Shown here piece after piece: positions 25,875 through 36,301 of a stretch of DNA of 64,000 nt (position 1 is its first letter; the number at the start of each line of letters is the position of its first letter). This DNA comes from an uncultured Acidobacteriota bacterium (GTDB lineage Bacteria > Acidobacteriota > Vicinamibacteria > Vicinamibacterales > 2-12-FULL-66-21), in the NCBI GenBank assembly GCA_963785755.1, contig CAWAXG010000013.1:1260419-1324418 (forward strand), given 5' to 3'. Under the pieces are notes generated by a model that saw only the letters and a program-made list of their open reading frames with translations, had not been told where the DNA came from and ran no database searches. Position numbers and translations under genes: made by a program.

Positions 25875-28241
25875 TCACCGGAACCGGAACGTCCGTCCAA
25901 CCCCGACGTACGTGCGCCAGCGGCCGTCGTAGCCCCACGACCCGGCGATCATGACCGGCCCCACGAGCGTGTCCATCACGAGACCGATGCCGCCGTTCGA
26001 TCGCCAGCCGGCCTGGTCCCAGTCGTCGAACGCGTCGGCGTTCTCGAGCCAGACTCCGGCGAAGATGGGACCGCCCATGAAGTCCGGCAGGCGCCCCACC
26101 TGATGCAGGACGCCGCCGCTCAGCGCGTAGTAGTGGCTCCCGCGCAGTTCGCCCGGAGCTGTACGCCCCCAGCCGGAACGGGGAACCGAGCGTAAACTCG
26201 TTGGTCGGCAGCGGCTCGTAGTTGAACGACGTGCCGAGGCCGCCGTAGACGAACACGCGATTGCGCGGACCGCGGCTCCAGAACTTGTTGGCGACCATGG
26301 AGAGCTGCGTCAGCTCCGCCTCGTAATCGAACGTCTCCCCATCGACCGTGATATCGGGACCGGTGAAGAGGCGCGACAACTCGACATTCGCGAGGATACC
26401 GCGCCTCGGCGCGACGGTCGCGTCCTGGGTATCGAGCCGCCACACGAGCTGCGCCCCGGTCTGTTTTCCCTCCAGCTCGGGAAAGCCGGGGTCCCCGACC
26501 TCGATCGACGCACTCGAGCGCCCGACATACGCCCCCAGACGGAGATCGCTTCGCGCACCGAGATTGACGCCGAGGTTCAGCCCGAGGCGTGCCTGGGTTT
26601 GACCGTACCGCGCAACCACCGCGTCGTCGACGATGAAGTTGAAGGTTTCCGTGCCGACGCCCGCGAACGGGGCCACGAACAAAGCGGTCGAGCCGATCGG
26701 GCGATAGAGCTCGCTGGCCAGGCTCGGATTGGAACCGAGGGTCCCGTCGATGCGCAGCTCCGAGCCGGATCCGATCACGTCGAAGGCGAGGTAGCGTCCG
26801 GTCAGGGTGATGCGGAAATCGCTGGAGGTCGTGTTCTCCAGGTTCACGCCGAGCATGAAGAAGGGGGGCGCGTAGGTCTTGACGCGGCCCACCACACGCA
26901 GTCCGTAGCCCTGGGCCGCGTCGCGCGTCAGACGCCAGGTCACGGTTTCGTAGCGATCCAGCCCGCCGACGGTCGCGAGATCGGTCTCCACCGCTTGGAT
27001 GTTCAGAGGGACCCCGACGTGCCGGGCGAGCATCAGCTGCAACCGCTTCGCATCGCGGTCGCCGAACCCTTCGAGCTGGATGAACGCGGGCGGCGGCAGC
27101 TCGGTCCGCCGGCGCGCGAGCCGGCGAGCGCGCCACGCCTCGTAGTCGGCCTCGCTGACCGCGAGCGGAAGCAGCTTGCTCGCGCATGGCCTCGGCCGCG
27201 CGGTAGCCTTCCTCGATCATCCCCTCGGCCCGCCGCCAGTCGAGCGATCCGGTACTCGCTCAGAGGCACGGTGACGACCACGTCCGCCGCAGCGATCGCC
27301 CGCCTCGTCGAGGCGCGCATCATCGCGTCGAGCGTATTCCCGGCGACGCCGAACATCGTGTAAGAGACGCCTTCGCGATCGGACAGATCGCCGACGTTGA
27401 TCGCCACCACCCGGTCCGCTCCCATGGCTTTCACGACGTCCGCGGGAATGTTGTTCATCGTGCCGCCGTCGATCAGCACCTGTCCGTCCACTTCGACGGG
27501 CGGAAAGATCAGCGGCAGCGACATGGTGGCGCGCATGGCGTCGGCAAACGAGCCACGCCGCATCACAATCGGCTGCGCCGACAGGAGATCGACGGCGACG
27601 GTGCGGAAGGGCGTCGGCAGATCGTCGAAGTCCTCGATCTCGAAATACGGCCCGGCGATGCGGCCGAGCAGCAGCTCGACGTACTGGCCGTTGTTCAGCG
27701 CCGTCGGCGGCACGATGCCGCCCTTGAGACCGAACTCCAGACGCGAGGGATACGCCCGCGCGTCGGCCTTGCGCCGGATGTTCTTGTGCTCGAACGTCGA
27801 AGCACCGAACAGCTGATCCCAGTTCAAGCCGGTGATGAACGAGTGCAGCTCCTTGGCGTCCATGCCGCTGGCGAACGCGCCACCGACGAGGCCGCCCATG
27901 CTGGTCCCGGCGGCCACATCGATCGGAATGCGGTGCTCCTCCATCCAGCGGATGACGCCCACGTGCGCGATGCCGCGCGCGCTGCCACCGCCGAATGCGA
28001 CGCCGACGGTCGGCCGTCCCGGTTCGCTCACACCGCGCGCACGCGTCTCAGCCTCCGGCGGGGAGGGCTGCGGCTTCATCCGCTGCAGCGGCGCCGCGCA
28101 CGCCGCGCACCCGAGCGCGACGAGCCCCGCGATCACTGCTCGAAGCCACCGGCTCGGTCCAGTCAGGATCGGTGTGTCACACACGCACAACCTCGCATCA
28201 GCAGATCTCTGGGAACCGCACAATCGGGACGCAGCCGCCAA
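25875..28241 (-). pseudogene. Patatin-like phospholipase fused to an Omp85/surface-antigen beta-barrel, with three +1 frameshifts
   Basis: Patatin motifs GGGSARGIAHVGV and GTSMGGLVG in the 27033..28241 frame. The protein continues as GSLDWRRAEGMIEEGYRAAEAMRE (26120..27220 frame), LLPLAVSEADYEAW...TLGSPFRLGAYSSG (25747..27042 frame) and ELRGSHYYALSGG...RTYVGVGRTFRFR (25875..26099 frame). Junctions are at about 27250, 27175 and 26152. Confidence 0.8.
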
Positions 28242-28476
28242 CCGCTCGTCCGGACCAGAGCGTACACCAGCTCAACCCGGGCCTGCCGTGTCTCGATCAC
28301 TCACAAAATGCCGTGAGCGCTCTCACGGGCGGTGACAATCCGCCATCACGCCATGGCCCCCGAGTTTTGGATCACGGGCATTCTGGTCGGATTCGTCAGC
28401 CGGGTCTGCGGAACCACGCCCAGTAGGGGCAATCTGCGTACCGGACGGCTTCCAAGCGCCGGACACAAGGGGCTAT

Positions 28477-29439
28477 TCACAAGGAGGACGAGGCATTCTT
28501 AGCAGAAGAATTCTTCTTAGGATCGTTTCCTCCCGTCCTCCCGTCCTCCCTGTTGAAAAAACTGACGATCTCCAGTCCTCCTACCCCAGGAGCGTCCCCG
28601 CGCCCGTCCCGGCTGGCAGACTCCGGCCTCCGGCGTAGCGTCGCCTGCAGCTGCCCGCGGCTCCAGCGCCGCAGCCGGTACAGCGTGCAGAAGACGAAGT
28701 CCGGCGCCGCGCCGCCCTGGCCGCCGACGAGCTCGCCGCCGCGGCGGACGTTGTCCTGCATCCACGGCGGCACGAGCAGGTGATACGGGTTGCGCTGCAC
28801 TTCGCCGACGTGAAACGACAGCGCAGTCATCATCTCCGCCAGGTCCTCCACGCTCGATTCGACCATCAGGTTCGGCGTCGCCATCGCGCCCCAGAACTCC
28901 GTCTCGACGACGTGGCAGGTGAAGTCCGCGGCCTGGACGGCGAGCGCGTCGACGAGGAGATAGTGGGTACCGATATGGGTGCTGTTCCAGTCGGCGTCGT
29001 GCGGCAGGAAGACGACCTCGGGGCGCTCGGCGGCGAGGATCGCGGCGATGACCTCGACGGCCGCCTGCCAGCGCGCCGGATCGCTGGTCCGGGTCTTGAC
29101 GTTGACGTGCTCGAGACCGCCGGGCGCGGTCTGAATCAGATCGAACCCGAGATAGTCGCAGGCCGCTTTCAGTTCCTCGAGCCGCCCCGCCTGCCGCGCC
29201 TTGTTGCTGCCCTGGGTGACCGCGACGTTGCCGACCCGCATCCCTGCCTCGCGCTGAAGGCGCAGCGCCAGCCCGCCGATGATGCACTCATCGTCGGGAT
29301 GCGGCGAGAAGATGAGGGCGCGTGGTGCATCGCGAGCGGGGGCGGGGCGCGGCGGGCGGGTGAACCCGCCGAGTGGAAACATCCGGCCTTCGCGAACCAG
29401 ACGGGCGAGCTCGGAGACGTAGCCGTGATACGGATTCAT
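28477..29439 (-). CDS. PIG-L/LmbE-family deacetylase; C-terminal end uncertain
   Basis: ALIFSPHPDDECIIGG and VVFLPHDADWNSTH motifs. The start ATG overlaps the ROK stop (ATGA). The last about 50 codons read through a hairpin repeat and look non-native. Confidence 0.8.
   Translation of the reverse strand: MNPYHGYVSELARLVREGRMFPLGGFTRPPRPAPARDAPRALIFSPHPDDECIIGGLALRLQREAGMRVGNVAVTQGSNKARQAGRLEELKAACDYLGFDLIQTAPGGLEHVNVKTRTSDPARWQAAVEVIAAILAAERPEVVFLPHDADWNSTHIGTHYLLVDALAVQAADFTCHVVETEFWGAMATPNLMVESSVEDLAEMMTALSFHVGEVQRNPYHLLVPPWMQDNVRRGGELVGGQGGAAPDFVFCTLYRLRRWSRGQLQATLRRRPESASRDGRGDAPGVGGLEIVSFFNREDGRTGGNDPKKNSSAKNASSSL
28529..28550. repeat. GGGAGGACGGGAGG motif, copy 3 (reverse strand, one and a half units), arm of a compound hairpin
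   Basis: cctcccgtcctcccgtcctccc pairs with ggaggacgagg at 28483-28493. The loop contains the palindrome agaagaattcttct. Confidence 0.6.
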
Positions 29440-30852
29440 GCCGGCGTGCCAAGTGCCGGCAGGCTCGCGGCGGCGATCGCCTGACCGTGACGTTTGTCGT
29501 GCTCGTCAGGAACGTGGAATGCGATCTGTCCCGCGAGCTCCGGGAACTCGACCGCCAGCACCTCGCGCGCGCCGCCGACGATGTCGTCGCCGCCAGGCCC
29601 GGAGGTGACGCGGCCGAGCACCAGCACGTGGCGCAGATCGTAGAACGACGCGAAATGCGCGACGCCGTACCCGACATAGGTGCCGATGGTCTGGTAGATC
29701 TTCTTCGCGCGGTGATCGCCCTGGAGCATGAGCGACTGCACCTGCTTGAGCCGCTCGGGCAGCGGCATGTCGGGCGGCGAGTCGATGCCGGCGATGGGCA
29801 TGAGCCGGCCGACGCACTGCTGCGAGTAGTACTGCGCGCCGACGCCATAGTCGCCCGACCATTCGTCGGCCGGCGCGCCCGGATTGTAGTCGATCGGCAC
29901 GAAGGCCAGCTCGTTCAGCCATGACGTGATGTTGCCGTCCGGCGTGACGTAGCCGGCGGCGGTGCTGGTGCCGAGCGCGATCCCCAGAATCGCATTCGCG
30001 CCGAGCGACATCGAGCCGGCCAGCGCGGTGACCTCGCCGTCGTTGACCACTTCGAATGGCACGCCGTTCCACGCCTTCCTGATGTCCAGGAAGAGATCCT
30101 TCACGCGCGCGTTGAACACGTCCACCGGTACTCCGCGAAACAGCGAGCCGGCCTTCACGCGATTGTTCACGTAGACGCCCGCGGCGCTGCCGCCGATGGC
30201 ATCGACGCGCGGCAGATGCGCCGCCGCCTTCTTCAGCGAGTCCATGATGCCGTCGAAGTGGTACTGCGGATCCGGCTTGTAGTAGGGATCCCAGACGGTC
30301 TCGTCACTGAACACGACTCGGCCATCGACGACCGCCGCCGCCTTGCGGTCGCTGCCGCCCAGATCGAAGCCGATGCGGCATCCCTCGAGATGGCGGCCGA
30401 GCGGCCTGGTCGACGAGCGCTCGGGCGGCAGATCGCGCGGTGTGCACGACCTCCAGCCCGCGGTCGAAGATCCGTTCGCCCACGAAGTTCGCGTCGAACC
30501 TGCCGGTCGCGGTGTCGCGGTAGTGCGCCGTCAGCCGCGCGGCCAGCGCGGCCGGGCCGTTGATGTGGATCCGCCACCCGCCGCGCGACCACAGCAGGAA
30601 CTTGACGAGCCGCTCCACATGAGGACCGTTCGCCGAGGCTTGCGGATGAGACTCGGGCAGCACCCGCGTCTCGAAACGAAAGACCGAGCCGTCGGCCTGT
30701 TCGAGGGCGATCCCGACGGGCACGCGCGCCCGCCGTCGCGTCGACCAGCGCGCCGAAACGCCCGCATCGCGAGCACCGCGGGGCGGAACGCCGGGTCGAG
30801 GACCGGGCGTGACCCGCGGCGCGACGAGCGGCAGACCGTTGTTCGTGTTCAT
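29436..30852 (-). pseudogene. ROK-family sugar kinase/regulator-like protein with N-terminal extension, with four +1 frameshifts
   Basis: The reconstructed sequence is MNTNNGLPLVAPRVTP / VLDPAFRPAVLAMRAFRRA / VDATAGAR / VPVGIALEQADGS...RGLEVVHTA / DLPPERSSTRPLGRHLEGCRIGFDLGGSDRK...GIALGTSTAAGY. Successive pieces lie in frames that each shift by one base. Confidence 0.8.
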
Positions 30853-31000
30853 GGTTGAGGTGACCGGCTCATGCGGCCGAAATCTTAGCATTCGACGGCC
30901 ATCGGTCAGCTCGCGCGGATCACGCACAGTCTTGCCCGCGGCCCGGCTAGCGCGGATAAGGTTGACCGGTGATCGTTTTCATTGACCGCTGCCTGGAAGG

Positions 31001-32090
31001 ATGCCGATGACCAGTCCCCTCCGAGTGCTCGTTGCCGGCTGCGGCAACATGGGAGCCAGCCACGCCCGCGCCTATCACAAGATGCCCGAGTTCGAGATCG
31101 TCGGCGCTGGTCAGCCGTGGCCCGGCCTCACGCGGCGCGCTCAGCAAGGAGCTGGGCGGCGCTGCCCGAGTTCAGCGACTACTACGCCGCGCTGGCCGCG
31201 ACCAAGCCCGATGTCGTCAGCATCAACACCTATCCGGAGACGCACGGGCCCTATGCGAGGGCGGCCATCAACGCGGGCTGCCACGTCTTCTGCGAGAAGC
31301 CGCTCGCCGAGACCGTCGAGCGAGGCGCAGAGCATCGTCGACGCCGCGCGTCGCGAACGACCGCAAGCTGGTCATCGGCTACATCCTGCGCGTTCATCCG
31401 GCGTGGATGCGGTTCATCGAGATCGCGCGCACGCTCGGCAAGCCGCTGGTCATGCGCATGAACCTGAACCAGCAGAGCCACGGAGACATCGTGGAACGTC
31501 CATCGCAATCTCATGAACTCGATGAGCCCGATCGTCGACTGCGGCGTCCACTACGTCGACGTGATGTGCCAGATGACCGGCGCGAAACCGGTCCGTGTGT
31601 CGGCGGTCGGCGCGCGGCTGAGCGACGAGCTCAAGCCCGGCATGTACAACTACGGCCAGCTTCAGGTCACGTTCGACGATGGGTCCGTCGGATGGTACGA
31701 GGCCGGCTGGGGGCCGATGATGAGCGAGGTGGCGTTCTTCGTCAAGGACGTGGTGGGTCCGAAGGGCTGCGCGTCGATCGTGAAGGACCCGAACGAGGCC
31801 ACGCGCCAGCGGCTCGTCCGACATCGACAGCCACACCAAGACGAACTGCATCCGGCTGCACCACGCCGAGCTCGACGCGAACAACGAGTTCGTGAAGCCG
31901 GACGAGCTGATCAACACCGAGGACGAGCCCGATCATCAGGGCGCTCTGCGATCGCGAGCAGGCGTTCCTGCTGCGCGCGATCCAGCAGGACGTCGATCTG
32001 TCGGCGCACATGCACGACGCGGTCAACAGCCTGCGCATCGTGCTGGCCGCCGACGAGAGCTTCCGGACGGGGCAGGTGGTGAGCCTCTAG
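31001..32090 (+). pseudogene. Gfo/Idh/MocA-family NAD(P)-dependent oxidoreductase with seven +1 frameshifts
   Basis: LRVLVAGCGNMGASHA Rossmann start. The pieces LVSRGPASRGALSKELGG, LPEFSDYYAALAATKPDVVSINTYPETH...FCEKPLAETVE, EAQSIVDAARR, NDRKLVIGYILRVHPAW..., SWNVHRNLMNSMSPIVDCGVHYVD..., GSSDIDSHTKTNCIRLHH... and DREQAFLLRAI...GQVVSL occupy frames 2,0,1,2,0,1,2,0. Stop TAG at 32088-32090. Confidence 0.8.
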
Positions 32091-32230
32091 GCACGTGCTG
32101 CGTGCCAGGTGCTACGTGCGAACGTGCTTCTCGTGCTATGTGCTACGTGCTAGGTGCCACGTTCGCACGTGAGCACGCCGCACGTAGCACGAGGAGCACG
32201 TGAGCACACAGCACGTGGCACGCAGGACGT
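32091..32230. repeat. Long imperfect palindrome rich in CACGTG/GTGCTACGTGC words between convergent genes
   Basis: The left half (gcacgtgctgcgtgccaggtgctacgtgcgaacgtgc...) is an approximate reverse complement of the right half (...gcacgttcgcacgtgagcac...cacgtggcacgcag). The centre is near 32160. Confidence 0.6.
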
Positions 32231-32266
32231 GAAAGTGACAGATAAGGATTCTGTGATCTCGCGAGC

Positions 32267-35200
32267 TCACGCCGACGAGTGGTCGCGGACCGCCCCGGCG
32301 AGCGCCTGAACCGCCGCTGCCAGCTCGTTCGGCTGAACTGGTTTCGACAGGTGCATCTGGAAGCCGGACTGCAGCGACCGGGTGCGATCGGCCGCGCGGG
32401 CGTACGCGGTGAGCGCGGCGGCCGGAATCTCTCCCTGGCGATTCCGGGGCCGCGCGCGAATCGTCTTCAGCAGCGCATACCCATCGATCTCGGGCAGCCC
32501 GATGTCCAGCACCGCCACATCGAACCGCGCGCGATCCAGCGCCGCCAGCGCGTCACCCGCGGTGCCCGCGGTGACGACGACGGCGCCGGCAGCCGACAGG
32601 GTGTCTCTGGCCATCGCGAGCGCGTCGGCATCGTCGTCCACGAGCAGCACGCGAAGGCCGCGAAGGTTGGAGAGCTGCAGCTCCGCCGGCGACGACACCT
32701 CGATCGCTGGATGCATCCGCCCGGCGTCGTGAATCCTGCCGTCGTGCACGATCATCAGCGGCAGCTCGACGCGCACGGTGGTCCCGCGCCCCTTTCCCGG
32801 ACTGGTGGCGTCGATCCGACCGCCGTGCGCCTCCACCAGATGGCGGCTGATGGCCAGTCCGAGACCCAGCCCCCCGTGATTGCGCGTGAACGCGCCGTCC
32901 GCCTGGCGGAAGCGCTGAAAGAGGTGCGGCAGGAATTCCGGAGCGATGCCCTCGCCGGTGTCGCTCACCGTGAGCTCGACGTGCGAGTTCACCCGTTCCA
33001 GCCGGATCTGCACCCGGCCGTCGCGCGGCGTGAACTTGATGGCGTTCGACAGGAGGTTCCAGACGACCTGCTGCAGCCGCTGCGCGTCTCCCGCGACCGG
33101 CACCCCCGGCTGATCGATGGCGGATTGCAGCCTGACGCCCTTGGCGGCGGCCGCCGGGGAGACGGTCTCGAGCGCCTCCTGGATGACGCGGGCCAAATCA
33201 ACCGGACCGATGTCGAGCCGGAGCTTGCCGGTGATGATGCGCGAGACGTCGAGCACGTCGCTGATCAACTGCTCCTGCAGTCTCGCGTTGCGCTCAATCG
33301 TCTCCAGCACGGCGGGCACGCGCTGCGGCGCGATCGCGCCCCCGCGCATCATCTGGGTGTAGCCGAGCACCGCATTCAACGGCGTCCGCAGTTCGTGCGA
33401 CAGGGTGGCGAGGAATTCGTCCTTGAGGCGATTGGCGGATTCCGCTTCGTGCTTGGCGGCGGCGATCGCCGTCACGTCGTGGGCGATGATCACGATGCTG
33501 TCGACGCTGCCGTCGTCCTTGAACAGCGGTTCGAAGACGAGGTCGAAACGGCCTTCCTCCACGCTCCCGGGCCCTCGATTCATCATGATGCGCACCGACT
33601 GCCCGAAGAAGGGCTCGCCGGACTGGCGCACCTGGTCGAGAATCCCGAAGATCGCCTGATCCTCGAGCACGGGAAGCGCCTCGCGAATCGGCTTTCCGAC
33701 CGCGGCGCGCCCGCCGATCAGCTCCTGATAGCGAGGATTCGCCAGCTCGTAGACGTGGTTCGGACCGGACACGACGGCGACGGCCACCGGCGCGTGCGTG
33801 AAGAGGCGGGTCAGGCGTCGCGCGTGGTGCTGTTCGATGGCCCGCACACGTGCCTTGACGATCTGCGCGGCCACGCGGGCGAGCAGGTCGCGCGCCGAAA
33901 ACGGCTTGACCAGATAGTCGTCGGCTGACGCGGCCAGACCTTCGATGCGCGCTTCCTCGCCGGCGCGCGCCGACAGCATGATCACCGGGATGCTCCGAAG
34001 ATCCGGATCGGTCCGCAGCTCGCGCAGCAATCCGAAGCCGTCCAGCTCCGGCATCATCACGTCGGTCACGATCACGTCCGGACGCCGCAGGCGCGCGGCG
34101 ATGAGCGCGTCGCGGCCGTTGTCCACGGTTTCGACCTGCCACCGTTCTGCCAGCAGCCGCTTCGCGTAGTCCCGCATGTCCGCGTTGTCGTCGGCCAGCA
34201 GCACTCGACCGGCATCGGTGGCAATGCTGCTCTCCCCGTCGGCATCGGCCGGCGCGCTCGAACCCTTCGTGGTCGATGCCTCGGGCAGCCAGCGCAGCGC
34301 CTCCTCGAGGTACGACGCGGCGACGTCGGACCGGCTCTCGGCTGTGCCGGCGACAATGTGTTGAGGCGGGAGGTGGGACGAGCCGAGCGGCAGCGAGACC
34401 GTGAAGACACTCCCCCGGCCCACCTCACTGGTCGCGGTCAGCTCGCCGCCGTGGAGCTTCACGAGCTCCTGCACGAGGGCGAGGCCGATGCCCGAGCCCT
34501 CGTGGCTCCGTCCCTTCGTGCCTTCCACGCGGTGGAACCGTTCGAACACGCGCGGCAGCTCGTGTTCGGGAATGCCGTCGCCCGTGTCGAGCACGGACAA
34601 CTGAACCCGCTGATCCTTTTTTGCAACGCTGACGGCGATCCGACCGGCGAGCGTGAACTTGAAGGCGTTGGAGAGAAGGTTGAGGACGATCTTCTCCCAC
34701 ATCTCGCGGTCAACGTAGACCGGCTCGGGGAACGGCTTGAACTCGACGGTGAACTCCAGGCCCGCCTTCTCCATGGCCGACCGGAAGGTGCTTGCGAGGT
34801 CGGCGGTCAGCGCACCCAGATCGACAGGCTCGAACCGGGCGCGAACGCGGCCTGCCTCGATGCGCGAGAAGTCGAGCAGCGTGTTCACGAGCTTCAGCAG
34901 CCGCTGGCTGTTGCGGTGCGCGACGTCGAGCTGGTCGCGAATCGCACCCGGCACTGCGTCGCCCGCGCGGCGCGCCTCGTCCAGCGGCCCGAGCAGGAGC
35001 GTCAGCGGGGTGCGGAACTCGTGACTGACGTTGCTGAAGAACGTCGTCTTGGCGCGGTCGATTTCAGCCAGCGCCTGGGCGCGTCGGCGTTCCGCCTCGT
35101 AGGCGCGCACGTTGGCGAGCCCCGCGGCGATCTCACCGACGAACAGGCTGACGAAGCTGCGGTAGGCATCATCGACCGGCCGAAACGGATTCAGGCCGGC

Positions 35201-36109
35201 CACGAGCAGGCCCGCGGGCCGCCGCTGACCCTGCTGCGCGATCGGGAGCACCAGCGCCTGAGCCGCCGGCCGCTCCCACGGTCCGGCCGGCAGATGAGGG
35301 AACCGGCCGGCAAGATCGACGATCTCCGCGTCGGCTCCGGATTCGCCGTCGAGGCGCCACAGCGCGTACGGATCGTCGACATCGATCGCGGTCAGCGCCG
35401 CGGGATGATCGGTAGGGATACCGATCCTGCCGGTGAGGCGCGCGCGGGTCCCGGATTCATCGAGCAGGTAGGTCAGCGCGAACGGCAGATCCTTCGAGCC
35501 GGCCAGGGCGCCTTCGATGGCCATGAACAGTTCGGGTTCGGTCATCGCCGACGCGATCGCGACGGCGGCGTCACGGAGCAGCGCCATTCGACGCTCGCCG
35601 AGGACACGCTCGGTTTCCTCCGTCACGACGCACAGATTCCCGCACACCTTCCCGTCGTCGTCGGTCACAGGGCTGTACGAGAACGTGTGATAGGTCTCTT
35701 CCCGATAGCCGTTCCGCTCGAGGAAGAGCAACAGCTTGTCATCCCATGTCGCCCGGCCACCTTGAAGCACCTGGTCGATGCGGGGACCGATGTCCGGCCA
35801 GATCTCCGCCCACACATCGCGCGACGGCCGGCCGAGCGCCCAGGGGTGCTTGGCGCCGAGCGTCATGGCGCCATAAGCATCGTTGTAGAAAAAGGTCAGC
35901 TCGGGGCCCCAGCCCATCCACATCGCGAAGCGGGATGTCAGCAGAACGCGGACGACGGTACGAAGGCTCTGCGGCCAGGTGTCGACCGGCCCCAGCGGAG
36001 TTGTCGACCAGTCCTTGGACCGCATCAGGGCAGCCATCTCGCCGGCGACGCAGAACGGATCGTTCTGATGTGTGGAGTTCACGACCCTGGCCTCGGCAAT
36101 CGATGTCAC
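32267..36109 (-). CDS. Hybrid sensor histidine kinase with two complete kinase cores (PAS, GAF, HisKA-HATPase-REC, PAS, HisKA-HATPase-REC)
   Basis: 1280-aa ORF. Core 1: FFSNVSHEFRTPLT, GSGIGLALVQELVKLHGG, LLADDNADMRDY...VTDVMMPELDG. Core 2: DEFLATLSHELRTPLN, GGLGLGLAISRHLVEAHGG, LLVDDDADAL...VLDIGLPEIDG. Confidence 0.92.
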   Translation of the reverse strand: MTSIAEARVVNSTHQNDPFCVAGEMAALMRSKDWSTTPLGPVDTWPQSLRTVVRVLLTSRFAMWMGWGPELTFFYNDAYGAMTLGAKHPWALGRPSRDVWAEIWPDIGPRIDQVLQGGRATWDDKLLLFLERNGYREETYHTFSYSPVTDDDGKVCGNLCVVTEETERVLGERRMALLRDAAVAIASAMTEPELFMAIEGALAGSKDLPFALTYLLDESGTRARLTGRIGIPTDHPAALTAIDVDDPYALWRLDGESGADAEIVDLAGRFPHLPAGPWERPAAQALVLPIAQQGQRRPAGLLVAGLNPFRPVDDAYRSFVSLFVGEIAAGLANVRAYEAERRRAQALAEIDRAKTTFFSNVSHEFRTPLTLLLGPLDEARRAGDAVPGAIRDQLDVAHRNSQRLLKLVNTLLDFSRIEAGRVRARFEPVDLGALTADLASTFRSAMEKAGLEFTVEFKPFPEPVYVDREMWEKIVLNLLSNAFKFTLAGRIAVSVAKKDQRVQLSVLDTGDGIPEHELPRVFERFHRVEGTKGRSHEGSGIGLALVQELVKLHGGELTATSEVGRGSVFTVSLPLGSSHLPPQHIVAGTAESRSDVAASYLEEALRWLPEASTTKGSSAPADADGESSIATDAGRVLLADDNADMRDYAKRLLAERWQVETVDNGRDALIAARLRRPDVIVTDVMMPELDGFGLLRELRTDPDLRSIPVIMLSARAGEEARIEGLAASADDYLVKPFSARDLLARVAAQIVKARVRAIEQHHARRLTRLFTHAPVAVAVVSGPNHVYELANPRYQELIGGRAAVGKPIREALPVLEDQAIFGILDQVRQSGEPFFGQSVRIMMNRGPGSVEEGRFDLVFEPLFKDDGSVDSIVIIAHDVTAIAAAKHEAESANRLKDEFLATLSHELRTPLNAVLGYTQMMRGGAIAPQRVPAVLETIERNARLQEQLISDVLDVSRIITGKLRLDIGPVDLARVIQEALETVSPAAAAKGVRLQSAIDQPGVPVAGDAQRLQQVVWNLLSNAIKFTPRDGRVQIRLERVNSHVELTVSDTGEGIAPEFLPHLFQRFRQADGAFTRNHGGLGLGLAISRHLVEAHGGRIDATSPGKGRGTTVRVELPLMIVHDGRIHDAGRMHPAIEVSSPAELQLSNLRGLRVLLVDDDADALAMARDTLSAAGAVVVTAGTAGDALAALDRARFDVAVLDIGLPEIDGYALLKTIRARPRNRQGEIPAAALTAYARAADRTRSLQSGFQMHLSKPVQPNELAAAVQALAGAVRDHSSA

Positions 36110-36301
36110 TCAGGGCCGCTCAGTCAGGGGATTCCTGCCGAAGCGGCGGCGAAACAAGAGTAGGTACAGCCACAATTGAAGAGCCCCACTGCCGAAGTAG
36201 CACTTGTCGTGCCGACGGCAGAGCCAATCGGTTCAGCTGGTTTGCTAGAACGGTCTACTTCGAGGTGGGTGCGACTGACGGCGATCCGTCGCTGAAAACT
36301 G

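Noticed and set aside
28477-28640. A hidden frameshift at the 3' end of the PIG-L gene.
   Set aside because: The tail looks non-native and runs through a hairpin. The alternative frame adds only about 20 residues before a TAG, and I cannot tell which is correct without orthologs. It is left as an uncertain gene end.
25875-32090. Programmed +1 ribosomal frameshifting as an explanation for the frame breaks.
   Set aside because: Up to seven shifts occur in one 1.1-kb gene. There is no shared slippery or stall motif at the junctions, and the genes are unrelated. This fits indels, real or technical, far better.
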